From Parasitella parasitica NRRL 2501 (Eukaryota > Fungi > Mucoromycota): DNA of 64,000 bases. The DNA is taken from positions 89,266 through 153,265 of the forward strand of contig MU619269.1 in assembly GCA_025201805.1 (NCBI GenBank), written 5' to 3'. Positions 62,714-64,000 of this stretch are shown piece by piece; the stretch's first letter is position 1; each line of letters starts with the position of its first letter. The notes under the pieces were generated by a model. The model searched no databases. It was not told the DNA's origin and saw only the letters and a program-made list of their open reading frames with translations. The position numbers and the translations under genes are program-made.

Positions 62714-63773
62714 GTTGTCCCAATATATTATGTTGGAGGGTAAAGAATGCTTATTTCCATGACACCGTTTTAAATTTTATACGGAAAAATAATGGGATCA
62801 TCCCCAATCTTTGGCAAGAAGAAAGATCTGTGACTTTAATAGAGGGTTCACAGGTTCCAAAACAATGCTTTTGCACATGAAAATAAAGTGGAACGCTCAA
62901 CAAACAGTGGGCTCAGAATATTAATCGATAAAAATTGATCTTGTCGAAAACATACAAAATAAGAGTCTTCAATTTCGCAAATTTGGGAAGAAATGAACCC
63001 AAATACGGTAACATATGAAATCAGAAGGTGCACATTATATTCGATGGGTGTTCTATTGTAGGCAAGAATAATGCATTTTCACAACCGTGTGCTATTTTCT
63101 GCTGGCATATCATTTAGAACTGGTATGCTTGTGTTAATATACAAATACGTGAGAATGAATTAAGTGAAATAGATGAATATTGTGAGGCATGATAGATTAT
63201 GTAACTAATCAGACAAATATATCAAGAAAAAAAAAAGATCGTTCTCTGTATTTTATAAGGGTAAAAACCTATTAATGAAGCTTAGAGTAGAAGGTACGGC
63301 AATATTGAGGAACCTGTTTAGGCTATTGTAGCAAAACATAGTGATCCAATAGTTTTAAATTGTAATTATTTCTCTAGAATAGCGCTGATTTGACATCACT
63401 ATGTTTCCGGCTTCGATTGCGGTTCTACACAATTTCTTCAACAAAAGCCATTATGAGCAAAGGTTTGCAATCATGAAAACTGACTGTTTTCTACACAACT
63501 GCAATGAAATGATATCTTTTATTGTCATACCATTATATATTCGTCCTGAAATATATTTCACCATGACCTGATACATCATCATTTTTATTGCTCAGATAAG
63601 TTTATGTTGATTTGAATATCTGGTTTTCGGATTGTTGATCAACAATGACGATTTACACCTTAAAACTTCAGCTTTGATAGTATAAAATGATATGACGACT
63701 AATAAATTGGGGATATGAATTCTATTGTGTTTTCTGATTTTATAAATTAATTAATTAACAAGTATAGATTAGG

Positions 63774-63811
63774 TCAGCCCATTTGGGCCGATTCAGCCCA
63801 GTTGGGCCGAT
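63774..63811. repeat. Two tandem 19-bp GC-rich quasi-palindromic units
   Basis: TCAGCCCATTTGGGCCGAT followed by TCAGCCCAGTTGGGCCGAT. Confidence 0.85.
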
Positions 63812-64000
63812 GCTAAATGAAGATTTTTGAATGGATGAGGGTTTGATTTTTTACAATTACGCTCTATGCGTACAAAGTTTATTGCATACACAGATATTTT
63901 TTAAATGATTCGAATTTGTTTTGTTTATAAACTTTCACTGCATTTACCTTCAAAGAAACTTCACTTTTTTCCAAAAATAGTAATTAAAATGCCTCCCGTT

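Overview
Gene-dense eukaryotic DNA, AT-rich, with many short (~50-100 nt) GT-AG introns and small N gaps. Gene content, intron style and transposon types point to a Mucorales-type fungus (inference). It holds about 24 spliced protein genes: C1+Pex24p/dysferlin peroxin, GT-like membrane protein, transketolase, S6K-like kinase, DnaJ, DHTKD1, tropomyosin, DUF1746, ABCB transporter, ELP1, PRE3, amino-acid transporter, CSN6, Zn2Cys6 factor, Opy2-like protein, aspartokinase, FIST protein, DBP7, DUF2358-like protein, SEH1, a three-AT-hook protein, TMEM135-like protein, ERG25 and a PAQR. Mobile or decayed DNA: a young-looking DD34E Tc1/mariner element with TIRs and TA duplication in the ERG25 promoter, a decayed Tc1 copy, and a ~640-bp foldback element inside a DUF3472-like pseudogene. 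Best observations: a 199-aa tropomyosin built by a 38-aa tandem duplication (paralleling yeast Tpm1), a C1 domain fused to a Pex30-type protein whose gene seems to need a 2-nt micro-exon, paired SREBP-type sites beside the transposon insertion at ERG25, two GC-AG introns, and an HMGA-like protein. No rRNA, tRNA or CRISPR array was recognised. I found no convincing multi-gene novel system. Family calls come from recalled motifs, not database searches.
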